Assembly: GCA_033763455.1 (NCBI GenBank) | Contig: JANRKO010000039.1 | Coordinates: 64,001-128,000, forward strand | Direction: 5' to 3' | Source: Polyangiaceae bacterium | GTDB lineage: Bacteria > Myxococcota_A > Polyangia > Polyangiales > Polyangiaceae | Length of the DNA: 64,000 nucleotides | Shown here: positions 28,142 through 38,736 of the stretch, piece by piece | Numbering within the stretch: the stretch's first letter is position 1 | Layout: each line of letters starts with the position of its first letter | The notes under the pieces: model-generated | Seen by the model: only the letters and a program-made list of their open reading frames with translations | Databases searched by the model: none | What the model was told of the DNA's origin: nothing | Program-made: the position numbers and the translations under genes

Positions 28142-29257
28142 ATGGCATCTCGCCGATTCTCCGCGCGCTGGCAGAAGCTTTCATTCTTCTTGCCTGCACT
28201 TTCTGATGGAGGTGCAGAGCGCGTGTGGGTTACGTTTGCAAGTGGGCTAGCGGCGCGGGGCGCGAACGTGGAACTGGTGGTAAGCGGGCCAGAATCGAAA
28301 TATGTTGAAGAGCTTCACGCTTCGGTGGCGCTCGTTAGGCTGCCTGCAGCGCGCCTCAGCCTTCTCCCGCTAAAGCTCGCCGCTCATTATCGCTCGACGC
28401 GACCCGACGTTATCTTGACAACCATGGTCACGGCCAACCTGGTTGCTGGTGCCGCGGCACAGCTCGGAAGCCCCCGTTCCAAGCTGATAATGCGCGAAGC
28501 TGCGTCGCCCCGAGCTCCGTCGTTCAGCTGGCGCGAAGCCCTGACGCCAGTGGCGCGCCAACTTTCGTATCCGATGGCGGATGCCATCATTGCGCCCTGC
28601 CAGGAGGTCGCCAAGCAGCTCACTGAAGTGCTCCCACTCAAATCCGCGGCCAAGATCCACGTGATTCCTAATCCGATCGCCGTCGACACAATAATCCAAA
28701 TGTCGACAGAAGCAGGGCCCTGGCCCTTTCCTCAGCACACTCCAGTTATCGTCGCCTGCGGGCGGCTCGATCCGACCAAAGGTTTCGACATCTTGCTTCG
28801 GGCCCTTGCGATGGTGCTGAAGAAGCGCCCAGTGCATCTAGCAATCTTAGGCGAAGGAAGTGAGCGAGCGGCGCTCATCCGGCTGTCAGAAGAGCTGGGA
28901 ATTGCGCAAAACGTAAGCCTCCTCGGCTTCGTCAAAAATCCGTTCCACTACTTCGCTCGCGCGCAGGTATTCGTGCTGAGTTCGAGAAGCGAAGGATTTC
29001 CGAACGTCCTTCTTCAGGCAATGGCTTGTGGCAGCCAGGTAGTCGCGGCTGATTGTCCCACTGGTCCAAGGGAGATCATCCTGGATCCTACCCACGGGCT
29101 CTTGGTACCCCCTGAAAATGTGTACGCGCTTTCAGAGGCCGTTCTCCAACAGCTCGCTGCGCCACCCAGGAACCCAGCGGCAGTCGCACGCAGTCGAGAC
29201 TTCGACGTGCACCTGGGCGTTGATGCGATGGAGCGCCTTCTACAAAATCTACGTTAG
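28142..29257 (+). CDS. GT4 family glycosyltransferase
   Basis: GGAERV, IPNP, GRLDPTKG, SSRSEGFPNVLLQAMACG. Confidence 0.92.
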   Translation: MASRRFSARWQKLSFFLPALSDGGAERVWVTFASGLAARGANVELVVSGPESKYVEELHASVALVRLPAARLSLLPLKLAAHYRSTRPDVILTTMVTANLVAGAAAQLGSPRSKLIMREAASPRAPSFSWREALTPVARQLSYPMADAIIAPCQEVAKQLTEVLPLKSAAKIHVIPNPIAVDTIIQMSTEAGPWPFPQHTPVIVACGRLDPTKGFDILLRALAMVLKKRPVHLAILGEGSERAALIRLSEELGIAQNVSLLGFVKNPFHYFARAQVFVLSSRSEGFPNVLLQAMACGSQVVAADCPTGPREIILDPTHGLLVPPENVYALSEAVLQQLAAPPRNPAAVARSRDFDVHLGVDAMERLLQNLR

Positions 29258-29367
29258 GGTTGCTCCTTCCCTCACCTGAGGGAGCCGCGTAGACCTTCCT
29301 GGCTCAACTGCCTTACCCGTTGCGTGCGCCCCAATGCCGCTAACCGAATCAATCACAGGCGAAGTGT

Positions 29368-32300
29368 TTACCGCCCCACCTCAAAGCGAATGTTCGCCGA
29401 TAAGAGTGCCTCCCCCTGGCGTGCGAACCTCTGAAAGCTGCCATATTCGGCTGGCGTTACGCGCGCGGCACGAGCTTTCACCTTGCGGGAAAGATGCAGT
29501 GCCTTGCCGTTGAATGTATCGGAAATGGTGATTTCGCGGGGGCCATCGCGCAAGGCGCGCGCCGGGGAAACCTGCACGTGCCGACTGTTCGCTGGAAGTG
29601 TGAGCTCTAGATCTACCGCCTGCACCACGCTTTCTTGCATCACAAGTGGCGTCTGCCGGGATGGCAGGCTGGCGTAGCTGGTGAGCTGTGAGGCAAACGG
29701 CGGCGATACGCTGAACGTGTTTCCCTCGGTATTGGCGAAGTGCGGGACCTCAAGCGTTGCGACAAACACCAGAGGCAGATTAAAGTCGGTCGAATTTAGG
29801 ATCTTAACAGCTTTCAACCTCGCCCCTTCAATCAACTGACCGAAAAGCTCAGACTCTAGAGTGGACTGCAAGCGTACTTCTGGGATTCCGGCAACGGCTG
29901 TGCGCAAGCCTATGGCATTGGCGCCTTCGTACGTAATTCGGAGTTCTAACAGCGCCGAGCCATCCGCATTCACGCTTCCCCGGCCTGCGTAGGTGACGCC
30001 GTCTGACAACGCACCTTCGGGCGTGAACGCTCGCCGTGGCCCTTCCGGGCTCAGGAGGTACGCCGGCATGCCCCGATTTTCTTCGGGCAGAAAACCAAAC
30101 TTTGCGTATTTGCTATTCATCCACAACCACTGTTCCCCGTCCGCAAGCTGTATGCGGAGGGCGGGATCTGAGAACTCCGCAGCTTGGGATAGCGAACCGA
30201 GGGGTTCGGCTGCTAAGCGATTTTTAACGAGTGCAAAGTCCACCTGCATGTCGACTGCGCGGCATAGCTCCATAAAGGCGCGCCAACGATTTCCCTCGCG
30301 CGTCATGATCACCTGGCGGCCATCGGATGCCTCACCGGGTTGCACGTTATCGAGCACCCAACGGTACAGGGCTTCTGCACGAGCGCGTTCGGCCTTGAGC
30401 CGCACCTTTTCCACGATCTTTGCCGCAAGCGCGCGGATCCTGGGATCCACCGGGGTCATCGGGACCAGATCTCGCGACAACTCCAACAGGCGTTGCTCCA
30501 ACTTCACGCCCCACCCCACGTACACGCTCGGAAGAAATTCCTCCACACTCGCACGGTAGGGTTCTTTAGGCGCCGCTGGGCTTCGATCCACTCGCCAGCG
30601 CCTAAGGACCGCAGACCCTAAATCCACCACTTCGGGCTTGGGCACCTGGCCGCGCGTTTCTACTGTGAGCGGGCGATTCTTGGGGCTGATGACCAGAAAT
30701 TCGCTGCGTGCGTAGGCGATATTCTCCTCGCGGAAAAACCAACGCGGGCCAATATAGCGATCTCCGGAGCGATCCTGACTCGGGATACTCGAAATGTGCT
30801 CCGTCTCTACGTAATCACCCACCTCTAGGTGTGGCAGCGTTACCGTGGGCTTGCCTTGTACGTTTTCGGGCTCAAACACCTGCCCGTCTTTCTTGATCAC
30901 CCGCATGTGCAAGACCAACCCGTCGAGCTTCTGGCTCTCTGCAAACTGCTGGATGGCTTCGCTACTTTGGATCCGAACAATCTCGTGCTCCAGCATTCGC
31001 GATGAACCATCCGAGCGAACCCACACTGCCGAATAATCCAGCACGCGTGCTGCCGTGCCCGGTTGGTGATTATTCTCAGCTTCGTAATCACGAATAACGG
31101 CGAGCGCGTCTAGCCGATACGGTTCGAGCTCCGTCTTGCCCGAAATGAGATCGATCGCGTCCAAGATGGGGCCCGTATTTGCGCCTGCCATCGTCCCTTC
31201 AACCACGGCTTGCGTAAGCGCTGTTCCGTCGCCCTTGGCCAGCTTCGCGTCGGCCAAACCAAGGCGAGCTTCGCTGTTCAACGGATCTTTCAAAACCTGA
31301 GCTTTGAGTTTGTCGGTTGTTTCCTGGACGATACCAGCACGCACCCGCAAATCCTCAAGGCGGCTTTTGAGTTCGGGGCGATCGGGGTGCATGCGCACAA
31401 GCCGGCTCAGCGCTTCCATTGCTCGCCCGTAATCCTGCCGTTCGAGAGCACGAGTGAACTCGATCTCGTTGTCCTTATCTACATGCACGATTCTGGCAGT
31501 GAGCTCCTGGGCCCGCTTGGGATCACCTTCTTGCTCGTAGACTTGAACCGCAGCCATCAGCATTTCTGGGTTTTCCGGAAAACGCTCCGCCAGCTCCTTG
31601 CTCAGCCGTGCCTGTTCGGTGGTCCAACCCAGTTCGCCGTACGTACGCTGCAAGGCGGACCATGAAGCGGACACTTGTGGATATGTTGCCGTGAGCTTCT
31701 TGAGCTGCGCCACCGCCTCAGTGGCGCCGCGCTGTTCGCCGTCCATCAAAGCACGTGAAAGCTGAGGTGCGAACAAGCCGCCATCTTTGCCAACGGCCAG
31801 CTGTTCCAGCTGCTTTATGGCGTCACTTGCCATCGAACCACCGAGGAGCGGATCGTTGTTCACAAAGCGAGAAGCCCAATAGAGGGAGGTACCAGTAGCC
31901 TGTTTGCGATCTCGAATCAGTGGCTCAAACAGCAACGTTGCGAGATCTCCCTGGCCTTCTATGTTTGCGGTGTCTGCCGCAAGGAAACGCACAATGTCGT
32001 CCGTTGGTTCGACAATGCCTTGCTCACTTGTGAAGTGACTCAGCAAGTTCGGATCCGCCAGGATTTCTGGAGCTCTAAGCTCGTAGGAGGCACCCGAATT
32101 AGCCACGCTTTCAAAGCTCAGGGGCGTGCCGTCTGGCTGCATCAAGCGCAGCGCCGTGGAGGGTCGCTGCAACTTAGCCAAGATCCGATGCCGACCTGAA
32201 GGAAGTCGAAGAGCTACTCCCCAGCGGGGCCAACGCGCCCACCTGCGAGGATCGCGATCCTGCACCACGACGTCATCCACCCAAACCTTATAGGCACCCT

Positions 32301-33165
32301 CAACCGCCAAAATGAGTTGCGTCGGCTGCGACAAGACTACAGTAGCTTCGCCAAAGAAAACACCGTCGCTCACTGGCTCGTCTGCGAAGGTCACGCATCC
32401 GGCGGTGTCAGTCTTGAGTGCGCGCGGTTGCTGTGCCGCACCAGCTTCACGAGCGAAAAACGCCGGCAGTGGATAGAGGCGTTCGGCATCGAACTTACGA
32501 ACAATGTCCGACCGTTGGCCGGTACCAAAGGGGCCGCTGAGACTAATATTCTCAGCGCACCCCTGCACCTTGGCTTCCAGAGCGCGATCACTCTTCTCCT
32601 TATTGGCTCGCGCTTCAGCCGCCTTCCAAGATACTAACTGAATGCGAGCACGCCAGCCTATGTTTTTCGGGTGCCGAATAGCAGCGTCGAGCTCCTTTTG
32701 ATGGTGCTCAAACAGATCCCGCGAATCTCTGCGCAGCTCCACGGCTTGGCGCAATGCGAACCAGGCGACCAGTGGCGCCACCTCAGAATTGGACTCCCGA
32801 GCGGCTAAGAAAGCCTGAATCAGCGTATCTCCAGCGACCTTGACACGCCCGTGCAGGCTATCGTCTAGGCCCAAGCCTAGCAAAGCATACATGCCCAGGT
32901 TTTTCTTTCCCTCCAGGCGTTGGCGAGCCTCTTTCGCGTACTTCGGTGAACCACCTGGCGAAATGAGCTCATGCAGCAACCAGCGGCCGACCACCTCCGT
33001 GTCAACGCTCAGCCGAGCCTCCGCCCGAACAGGTGACAAGTCAGAGCTTGCTGGCTTTTGGCTGTGAGACGCCCCGCACGCAGAGATGGACGTTGCAAGT
33101 AAAACGCCGCCAAGCACCTTGGCTACCAAGGCCCCTAGTCGAAAAGTGGGAACCGATTGTCGCAT
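29368..33165 (-). CDS. TPR + DUF3857 + degenerate transglutaminase-like lipoprotein
   Basis: Lipobox ISAC; TPR-like helices; TLPHLEVGDYVE (DUF3857); LYRWVLDNV; RVTPAEY tail; catalytic motif replaced by EGNRWRAF. Confidence 0.78.
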   Translation of the reverse strand: MRQSVPTFRLGALVAKVLGGVLLATSISACGASHSQKPASSDLSPVRAEARLSVDTEVVGRWLLHELISPGGSPKYAKEARQRLEGKKNLGMYALLGLGLDDSLHGRVKVAGDTLIQAFLAARESNSEVAPLVAWFALRQAVELRRDSRDLFEHHQKELDAAIRHPKNIGWRARIQLVSWKAAEARANKEKSDRALEAKVQGCAENISLSGPFGTGQRSDIVRKFDAERLYPLPAFFAREAGAAQQPRALKTDTAGCVTFADEPVSDGVFFGEATVVLSQPTQLILAVEGAYKVWVDDVVVQDRDPRRWARWPRWGVALRLPSGRHRILAKLQRPSTALRLMQPDGTPLSFESVANSGASYELRAPEILADPNLLSHFTSEQGIVEPTDDIVRFLAADTANIEGQGDLATLLFEPLIRDRKQATGTSLYWASRFVNNDPLLGGSMASDAIKQLEQLAVGKDGGLFAPQLSRALMDGEQRGATEAVAQLKKLTATYPQVSASWSALQRTYGELGWTTEQARLSKELAERFPENPEMLMAAVQVYEQEGDPKRAQELTARIVHVDKDNEIEFTRALERQDYGRAMEALSRLVRMHPDRPELKSRLEDLRVRAGIVQETTDKLKAQVLKDPLNSEARLGLADAKLAKGDGTALTQAVVEGTMAGANTGPILDAIDLISGKTELEPYRLDALAVIRDYEAENNHQPGTAARVLDYSAVWVRSDGSSRMLEHEIVRIQSSEAIQQFAESQKLDGLVLHMRVIKKDGQVFEPENVQGKPTVTLPHLEVGDYVETEHISSIPSQDRSGDRYIGPRWFFREENIAYARSEFLVISPKNRPLTVETRGQVPKPEVVDLGSAVLRRWRVDRSPAAPKEPYRASVEEFLPSVYVGWGVKLEQRLLELSRDLVPMTPVDPRIRALAAKIVEKVRLKAERARAEALYRWVLDNVQPGEASDGRQVIMTREGNRWRAFMELCRAVDMQVDFALVKNRLAAEPLGSLSQAAEFSDPALRIQLADGEQWLWMNSKYAKFGFLPEENRGMPAYLLSPEGPRRAFTPEGALSDGVTYAGRGSVNADGSALLELRITYEGANAIGLRTAVAGIPEVRLQSTLESELFGQLIEGARLKAVKILNSTDFNLPLVFVATLEVPHFANTEGNTFSVSPPFASQLTSYASLPSRQTPLVMQESVVQAVDLELTLPANSRHVQVSPARALRDGPREITISDTFNGKALHLSRKVKARAARVTPAEYGSFQRFARQGEALLSANIRFEVGR

Positions 33166-33168
33166 GAT

Positions 33169-36100
33169 TTACCGGGAAGGAGTGAGCACTAGGCGTGTTG
33201 AAAAGGCGGTATCGACAGCGGCACAAAAGCGTTGCCACGCAGCGTAATCCTTAGGGGCGATGCGCGTTGCGCTGACCAACAGCTTGGAACGAAATGAAAT
33301 CGCTCTTCCCGAAGTTTTCACTTCGATCGCATAACTTCCAAAACGCGAGGCTTCGCTGACGCTTGCGGGTGCTATTTCTACCCGATACCCCTGTGGGATC
33401 TGCACCGTGAAGGTGTCGTCGACCCCAGTAAGGCCGAGCACTCTTACGTCCTGTTTGCGAGCAGAAAGAGCTGCGTAATTGGCGGTGAGCCTTGGATCAG
33501 GAGTCACACGCACGCTTAGCCTATCGCCCTCGCGCCTGCCAAACCCTGCAACAGTGGCGCTCGCCTCCAGCCAAGGCGTGGCCTCATTGTCTTCAAGATC
33601 GCTGGTTTTCAGGCTCGCCATGTCGAGGTGGAGCCCCGGAAAAGTCTGCCCTAGGTCAATCAAAAGCCGTTCGCCAAGCGTCCCTTTGGCGTGATACCGC
33701 CGGCGGAACCCCGAAGCTTCTGCCCCCAAAGCCGTTACCTTGATCCCCACTTTGGCCTCGCCGTTTGCTCTGAGGTCTGCTTCAACCACACGGTTAACCT
33801 GGTCGCTTTCCGGCAGGCGTGTAGGGAGCGTCACCGGCACCGCATCTCCCTCGTTCACCAATAAACCTTGGCTTTCCCTGTCCATGAGCGGGAGCTCGAG
33901 CGCTGAAGTGAATTCAGCCGTGCCATCCAGGAAAAGGTTGAGGCTCGGAACATAAGCGATAGCGTGGTCAAAAAGCGCCAGGCTTGCGAGCGGCGTTGCG
34001 GTATTGCCGCGCATCTGCGTGCGCACCAATACGATCGTGGATTTTATGCCCACGGCCTTCAGGAGTGAAACAATGACGGTTGCTTTGTCTTTGCAGTCAC
34101 CCCAGCCGCGATTGACAGTTTGCACCGATCGGCGCGGCTTGTAGCCGTAAATGCCGAATTCGAGCGCAACATAGCGAGTATTTTTGACTACCCAGCCGTA
34201 GATGGCTTTCACCTTATCGAGTTCGGTAGTTTTCCCCGCGGTGATCTTTTCCGCTAGCCGTTTCGTCTCCGCGTCTAAATCGAACTGATCCTGAACCAGC
34301 CCCCAGTACCACCGGCCAAGCTCCTTCCAATCCTTGTAAGTGGATACGTGAATGTATCCGAGAGATTCAGTAGCCGGGGGCATCGATGGTTCGGCTACCA
34401 ACGCCGGCACGGCATCGGCAGAAAACCTAGCGATGTGCTGATCACCTGCATCCGCATCCACCCGCCGCAGGTTCTTAAGATTATGATCGATGTAGATCTT
34501 GCGACTTTTGGGCGTAATAAGCACGTATTCCGCGTTCTGAACCGGCTCATTCGATTGCAGATACACCATGTCGCCAAAGTAATCGGCGAACTCGTTGCGA
34601 GGAGTAATATCGTCAATTCGGTAGCGCAACTCCACCACATCTCCGGGTTCGAGCCGAGGGAATTGGACGTAGAAGTTGCGCCCTGAAGTGTACATAGAGA
34701 TAGAGGGATCGTCGGCCGCACCCTCGCCGGATTCGATGGCTTCATCCACTCGCCCATCGGCACGAAACACCTTGGCGCCTCTTAGTTGCACGCTTTGCTG
34801 AGAAGCCTCATAGCCAAACGCGTATTGCCTGAGTTCGGCCGCGGCAGTGTCAGTAAGAGGCTGGAAGACGACCTGGCGAAATGTTCGGGAGAGGCCGTTC
34901 GGGAACACAGTTGTAACGGTGAGATCGCGCAGAGTGCGCTGACTTTCACCAAGGCGAGGTTGCGCTCGCAGCTTTAGAAAACGCTCTTCCGGCCACGCGT
35001 AGACCTCGTCCGGCTTCTGATCCGAAGGCGCCAAGTAATCTACATACTGGCGCACGCTCTTCTCCTGGGGTTGCACCTCAAGCAGCTTTCGCAAGTAGCT
35101 TAACTCCAAGTCGCGCCGACCAAGGCCGCCCTGCATATCGGCGATACTCCGCAGAGTCCCAACGTCGTCAGGCGAAAGCTCAAGGGCTCGCTCCAAAGTT
35201 GCGACAGCACGCTGGGGTTGGCCAAGCGCACGATAGGTATTCGCCGCAAACCCTAGCGCCCATTGACTATCCGGATTGAGCGCGAGCAAACGCTCCAACC
35301 AAAATTCAGAAGCTTCACGGTCTTGCCGGGCGAGGCTGAGCGCCACCATCTGAGTGAGCGTCGAACGATCGTCAAAATTGCGAGCTGAATAGGCGCGAGC
35401 AACACTGCTCGACTCAAGCGAGCGACCCAGGTTCTTGAGCTGTGCAACCAAGAGACCCCGAAGCTGCAGGCTTTCCGGATTTCGCTGGGCAGCGCTTTCA
35501 AGAAACGTAAGGCCCGTCCGTGGCAGGCCTGCCTCATTGAAGAGCGATACTTTCGCAGCAATCGCCTCGGCGTTGTCTGGCCTGAGCGCTAAAACCTGAT
35601 CGACATAGACGAAGGCGTCCCGCCAGTTCGGGCTCTCCTCTGCGTGGCTCGCCTGCGCCAACAAGACGTCAATATCGCGCTCTGCGTTCTTCTGATCGAG
35701 GGCAACCGCCCTATCCAACCATAGCCGCTCCTGATTGTGATCTTCAGCGAGCCTAGCCGCTAGGAGCAGCCGGGGTAGCGTCGGAGCTTCTTCGGCCGCG
35801 CGCACCGCCAGATCGCGCGCCTGGTGTTGGCTCCTATCATCCCCGGAGGTTTTCGCTAGGTACAGAGCGTATTCATACAGAACCTCAGGCGTTACCTTGG
35901 GATTCTGAGCCAACATCTCAAACTCGGCGAGAGGGCCAAGCTTTTCAGATGGCTCGGATGACGCAGCGCTTGGAGAGCTCTTCTGAGCGACCCCGCTGTC
36001 GAAAGGACCCGAGCCCTTCTGCTCCCGCACTGTCTCGACGGCGTCTGCGGATGTTTGTAGCTGGTTGTCGAAAAGGAGCCCTGGATCTGGCTCGCCCTTG

Positions 36101-36909
36101 GCGTCCGCTACACGCACAGAAAGCATCGGCGCCTTAGCCTCGCCGCATAGCTTCACGGTCAGTTGATTGTAACCGGGGGCAAGGTCGACCTTGGTGCCCC
36201 AGCGATCGGTATCGTGTCCACGATACGCGCTGTCGGCGAGAACTTCGCGCCCATTCCAAAAGACTTTGAATGCTCCGCTCGCTCCCACCCACACCGTCGC
36301 TGGCCTCACCCCGCGGGTAAGCTGAGAATGCTTAACAAACGTCGTCGCATAACCACAAATGGCTGACTTGGGCAGCATGAGGGCCCCAAAATCCAGCCAG
36401 CCATATCCAAAAACCTCGGGCGGGCGGCGCCAACGCACCGGGCGTTCTTTCCCTGAGAAGGCCTGGCCCGGCACGATGGGTCGCTTCAACAGCGACTCTG
36501 GCTCAAACGCTCGATTGAAGCCCGCCTTGCCTTCGTTGTCGAAGGGCCCCAAGGTGAGCCACTTGTCTACGAATCCTAGCCCGTGAATGGTCGCAACGGC
36601 CGCGTTTAGATCCCCACGCCTAGTCTGAACAAAGCTGAGCAGGGTATTTGCGTAGGCCCGCACCGGCGCCGAAAACCGCCTGTTCTGAGCCGCACCCCGG
36701 AGCGCCTCCTCCACGTGCTGAGGATTGGTGATGCTATAAACGCGAAAGATGTCGCGCAGCCGAACATAGGCCTCTGGCCCCTTGGCTGTTTTCAATGCCT
36801 GAACTGCCCGTTCGAGCTCGGGGTCAAAAACACCAGCTTGAGCGCGAGCCAGTTCGGAATGGAACAGCCCGAGGAGCGCCAGTGCAAGCAACACGCAAGA
36901 GCGACGCAT
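33169..36909 (-). CDS. Exported TPR + DUF3857 + transglutaminase-like protein
   Basis: Signal peptide; TPRs; FPRLEPGDVVE; RYVALEFG; GDCKDKA / FDHAI / LDGT triad. Confidence 0.87.
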   Translation of the reverse strand: MRRSCVLLALALLGLFHSELARAQAGVFDPELERAVQALKTAKGPEAYVRLRDIFRVYSITNPQHVEEALRGAAQNRRFSAPVRAYANTLLSFVQTRRGDLNAAVATIHGLGFVDKWLTLGPFDNEGKAGFNRAFEPESLLKRPIVPGQAFSGKERPVRWRRPPEVFGYGWLDFGALMLPKSAICGYATTFVKHSQLTRGVRPATVWVGASGAFKVFWNGREVLADSAYRGHDTDRWGTKVDLAPGYNQLTVKLCGEAKAPMLSVRVADAKGEPDPGLLFDNQLQTSADAVETVREQKGSGPFDSGVAQKSSPSAASSEPSEKLGPLAEFEMLAQNPKVTPEVLYEYALYLAKTSGDDRSQHQARDLAVRAAEEAPTLPRLLLAARLAEDHNQERLWLDRAVALDQKNAERDIDVLLAQASHAEESPNWRDAFVYVDQVLALRPDNAEAIAAKVSLFNEAGLPRTGLTFLESAAQRNPESLQLRGLLVAQLKNLGRSLESSSVARAYSARNFDDRSTLTQMVALSLARQDREASEFWLERLLALNPDSQWALGFAANTYRALGQPQRAVATLERALELSPDDVGTLRSIADMQGGLGRRDLELSYLRKLLEVQPQEKSVRQYVDYLAPSDQKPDEVYAWPEERFLKLRAQPRLGESQRTLRDLTVTTVFPNGLSRTFRQVVFQPLTDTAAAELRQYAFGYEASQQSVQLRGAKVFRADGRVDEAIESGEGAADDPSISMYTSGRNFYVQFPRLEPGDVVELRYRIDDITPRNEFADYFGDMVYLQSNEPVQNAEYVLITPKSRKIYIDHNLKNLRRVDADAGDQHIARFSADAVPALVAEPSMPPATESLGYIHVSTYKDWKELGRWYWGLVQDQFDLDAETKRLAEKITAGKTTELDKVKAIYGWVVKNTRYVALEFGIYGYKPRRSVQTVNRGWGDCKDKATVIVSLLKAVGIKSTIVLVRTQMRGNTATPLASLALFDHAIAYVPSLNLFLDGTAEFTSALELPLMDRESQGLLVNEGDAVPVTLPTRLPESDQVNRVVEADLRANGEAKVGIKVTALGAEASGFRRRYHAKGTLGERLLIDLGQTFPGLHLDMASLKTSDLEDNEATPWLEASATVAGFGRREGDRLSVRVTPDPRLTANYAALSARKQDVRVLGLTGVDDTFTVQIPQGYRVEIAPASVSEASRFGSYAIEVKTSGRAISFRSKLLVSATRIAPKDYAAWQRFCAAVDTAFSTRLVLTPSR

Positions 36910-37374
36910 CCTGGCTCGGACGTCCGCCGGGGTGGGACCTTGGTGGTTTTTTTTTGTAAAGAGCAGTGAGGGCACGCAAGGTCATGATTATCCTGGGGCC
37001 ACGCGCCGGCAAACTCTCTCCGCGGCAAAATACTCGGCTGAGCTCGCGGCCAGCCCTCGGGAGTGGCCCATGGGCCTGGAAGAAAGCCTTGCTGGGCCGG
37101 AGAAGCTCCGATAAAAATGAAGGATCGACTGAGCGCGAGCTTTTCGGTTCAGCAGGTCCCGTTCCCAATGCAAGAGAGCGTTCCCCAGACCAGTTTCCAG
37201 CGGACAAAGCTCCGGCCTGGGGCTTGGACGCCGGGTGTTTCGGACAGCCTGTCACCCGGAAGCGCCGCTCTAGCGAAGGAAATTGCGAGATTCGTCGACA
37301 TCGACGGGCACAATAAGCGAAGATGCTCGTCCCAAGTTCTGAAGACACGAGCGGAGAGGCTTTCGGAGGCGCGA

Positions 37375-37857
37375 ATGGTTAACCCCCAGATGGTGATGTA
37401 CGAAGAGGAGTTCAACCAGATCCAAACGGTCGTGGACCGTCTGGTTCGGGAAGCGAACGCCAGGGTCGTCTTCATTGTCGACAAGAACGGCCAACTCATC
37501 GCAGCCAGCGGTGAGGTGGACAACATTGACACCACATCCCTCGCCTCGCTGACAGCGGGTAACATTGCGGCCACCGGCGGTATCGCCAAGCTACTGCGGG
37601 AGAACGAGTTTGCAACGCAGTTTCACGAAGGTGAGAAGGCGAACATCCACATCCAGTTGGTAGGTAACCGTGTGATCTTGGTGGTCATTTTCGATTCCAA
37701 GTCTTCGCTCGGGCTGGTGCGGCTGCGTGTGCGAAAGGCGGCCGACGAATTAACTCGGATTTTCGAGGCGCTCCTCACGAAAGTTAGAGAGCCAGGCGGT
37801 GATTCGCCCTTCGCTGAAATCACCGACGAGGACATTGACAACCTTTTCAATGATTGA
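37375..37857 (+). CDS. mglB: Roadblock/LC7 GTPase-activating protein MglB
   Basis: MVMYEEEF, VDKNGQLIA, SLASLTAGN, SSLGLVRLRV, FAEITDEDIDNLF; GGAGG RBS. Confidence 0.96.
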   Translation: MVNPQMVMYEEEFNQIQTVVDRLVREANARVVFIVDKNGQLIAASGEVDNIDTTSLASLTAGNIAATGGIAKLLRENEFATQFHEGEKANIHIQLVGNRVILVVIFDSKSSLGLVRLRVRKAADELTRIFEALLTKVREPGGDSPFAEITDEDIDNLFND

Positions 37858-37866
37858 GGTCGGGCG

Positions 37867-38457
37867 ATGAGTTTCATCAACTACATGGCCCGAGAGATCA
37901 ACTGTAAGTTGGTCTACTACGGGCCGGGCCTTTGCGGCAAAACCACCAATCTACAGTACATCTACGAGCGCACGAACCCCGAAGCCAAAGGCAAGATGAT
38001 AAGCCTTGCCACGGAAACGGAGCGCACACTCTTCTTCGACTTCCTCCCACTTTCACTTGGGGAGATCCGTGGCTTCAAGACGCGCTTCCATCTGTACACG
38101 GTGCCGGGCCAAGTCTTTTACGATGCAAGCCGTAAGCTCATCTTGAAGGGCGTAGATGGCATCATCTTCGTCGCGGACTCGCAGATTGAGCGCCTCGAAG
38201 CCAATCAGGAGAGCGTCGAGAATCTACGTACCAATCTGGCAGAGCAGGGCTACTCGCTCGAAAAGATCCCGTATGTCATTCAGTACAACAAGCGTGATCT
38301 TCCCAACGCCGTAGATGTGCAGGAGCTTCGCTCGTTGCTCAATCCGATGGGTGTTCCTGATTTTGAAGCCAACGCTCGCTCGGGCATCGGCGTGTTCGAC
38401 ACGCTGAAGGCAACCAGCAAGCTCGTGCTCCAGGAACTCAAAAAGGGTGCCCCTTAA
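37867..38457 (+). CDS. mglA: Small Ras-like GTPase MglA
   Basis: [40 protein letters not shown]. Confidence 0.97.
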   Translation: MSFINYMAREINCKLVYYGPGLCGKTTNLQYIYERTNPEAKGKMISLATETERTLFFDFLPLSLGEIRGFKTRFHLYTVPGQVFYDASRKLILKGVDGIIFVADSQIERLEANQESVENLRTNLAEQGYSLEKIPYVIQYNKRDLPNAVDVQELRSLLNPMGVPDFEANARSGIGVFDTLKATSKLVLQELKKGAP

Positions 38458-38466
38458 GGCACCCTT
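38443..38466. terminator. Stem-loop over the mglA stop codon
   Basis: aagggtgcc-ccttaa-ggcaccctt, a perfect 9-bp inverted repeat; no long U tract. Confidence 0.5.
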
Positions 38467-38571
38467 AGATAGCGAGGCAACGCCCGGTAAGTGCGCTCGC
38501 ACCTAGTGGGGTGTGGGCGCGCACCTCGCGAAGGGCGCACAATTCGCTGGCAACACCGGCTTCGGCAGTAA

Positions 38572-38596
38572 GGGGTTCGGCAATAGGCCGAGCCCT
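38572..38596. terminator. Stem-loop just downstream of the small basic ORF
   Basis: ggggttcggc-aatag-gccgagccct (two of the ten pairs are G-T). Confidence 0.45.
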
Positions 38597-38604
38597 CCTT
38601 GCGC

Positions 38605-38727
38605 TTACTTGTTGGGGTTAACGCGACCGCGGCGAGCGCGATTCTTCGCTTTGAGGGCCGCGCGATTGCGGATACTGCGCTTACGGTCGAGGCGGCGGGG
38701 TTTGCCTTTTCGGAGCATCAAAAACAT
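38605..38727 (-). CDS. Small, very basic protein (40 aa; 37 aa from ATG 38718)
   Basis: MFLMLRKGKPRRLDRKRSIRNRAALKAKNRARRGRVNPNK; promoter-like sequence upstream and a hairpin downstream. Confidence 0.65.
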   Translation of the reverse strand: MFLMLRKGKPRRLDRKRSIRNRAALKAKNRARRGRVNPNK

Positions 38728-38736
38728 GGGGCGCGG

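Noticed and set aside
36947..36955. T9 tract as a phase-variation switch
   Set aside because: Short, intergenic, and no evidence of length variation from one sequence
37063..37374. 104-aa N-terminal extension of MglB
   Set aside because: MglB similarity starts at ATG 37375, which has a GGAGG RBS
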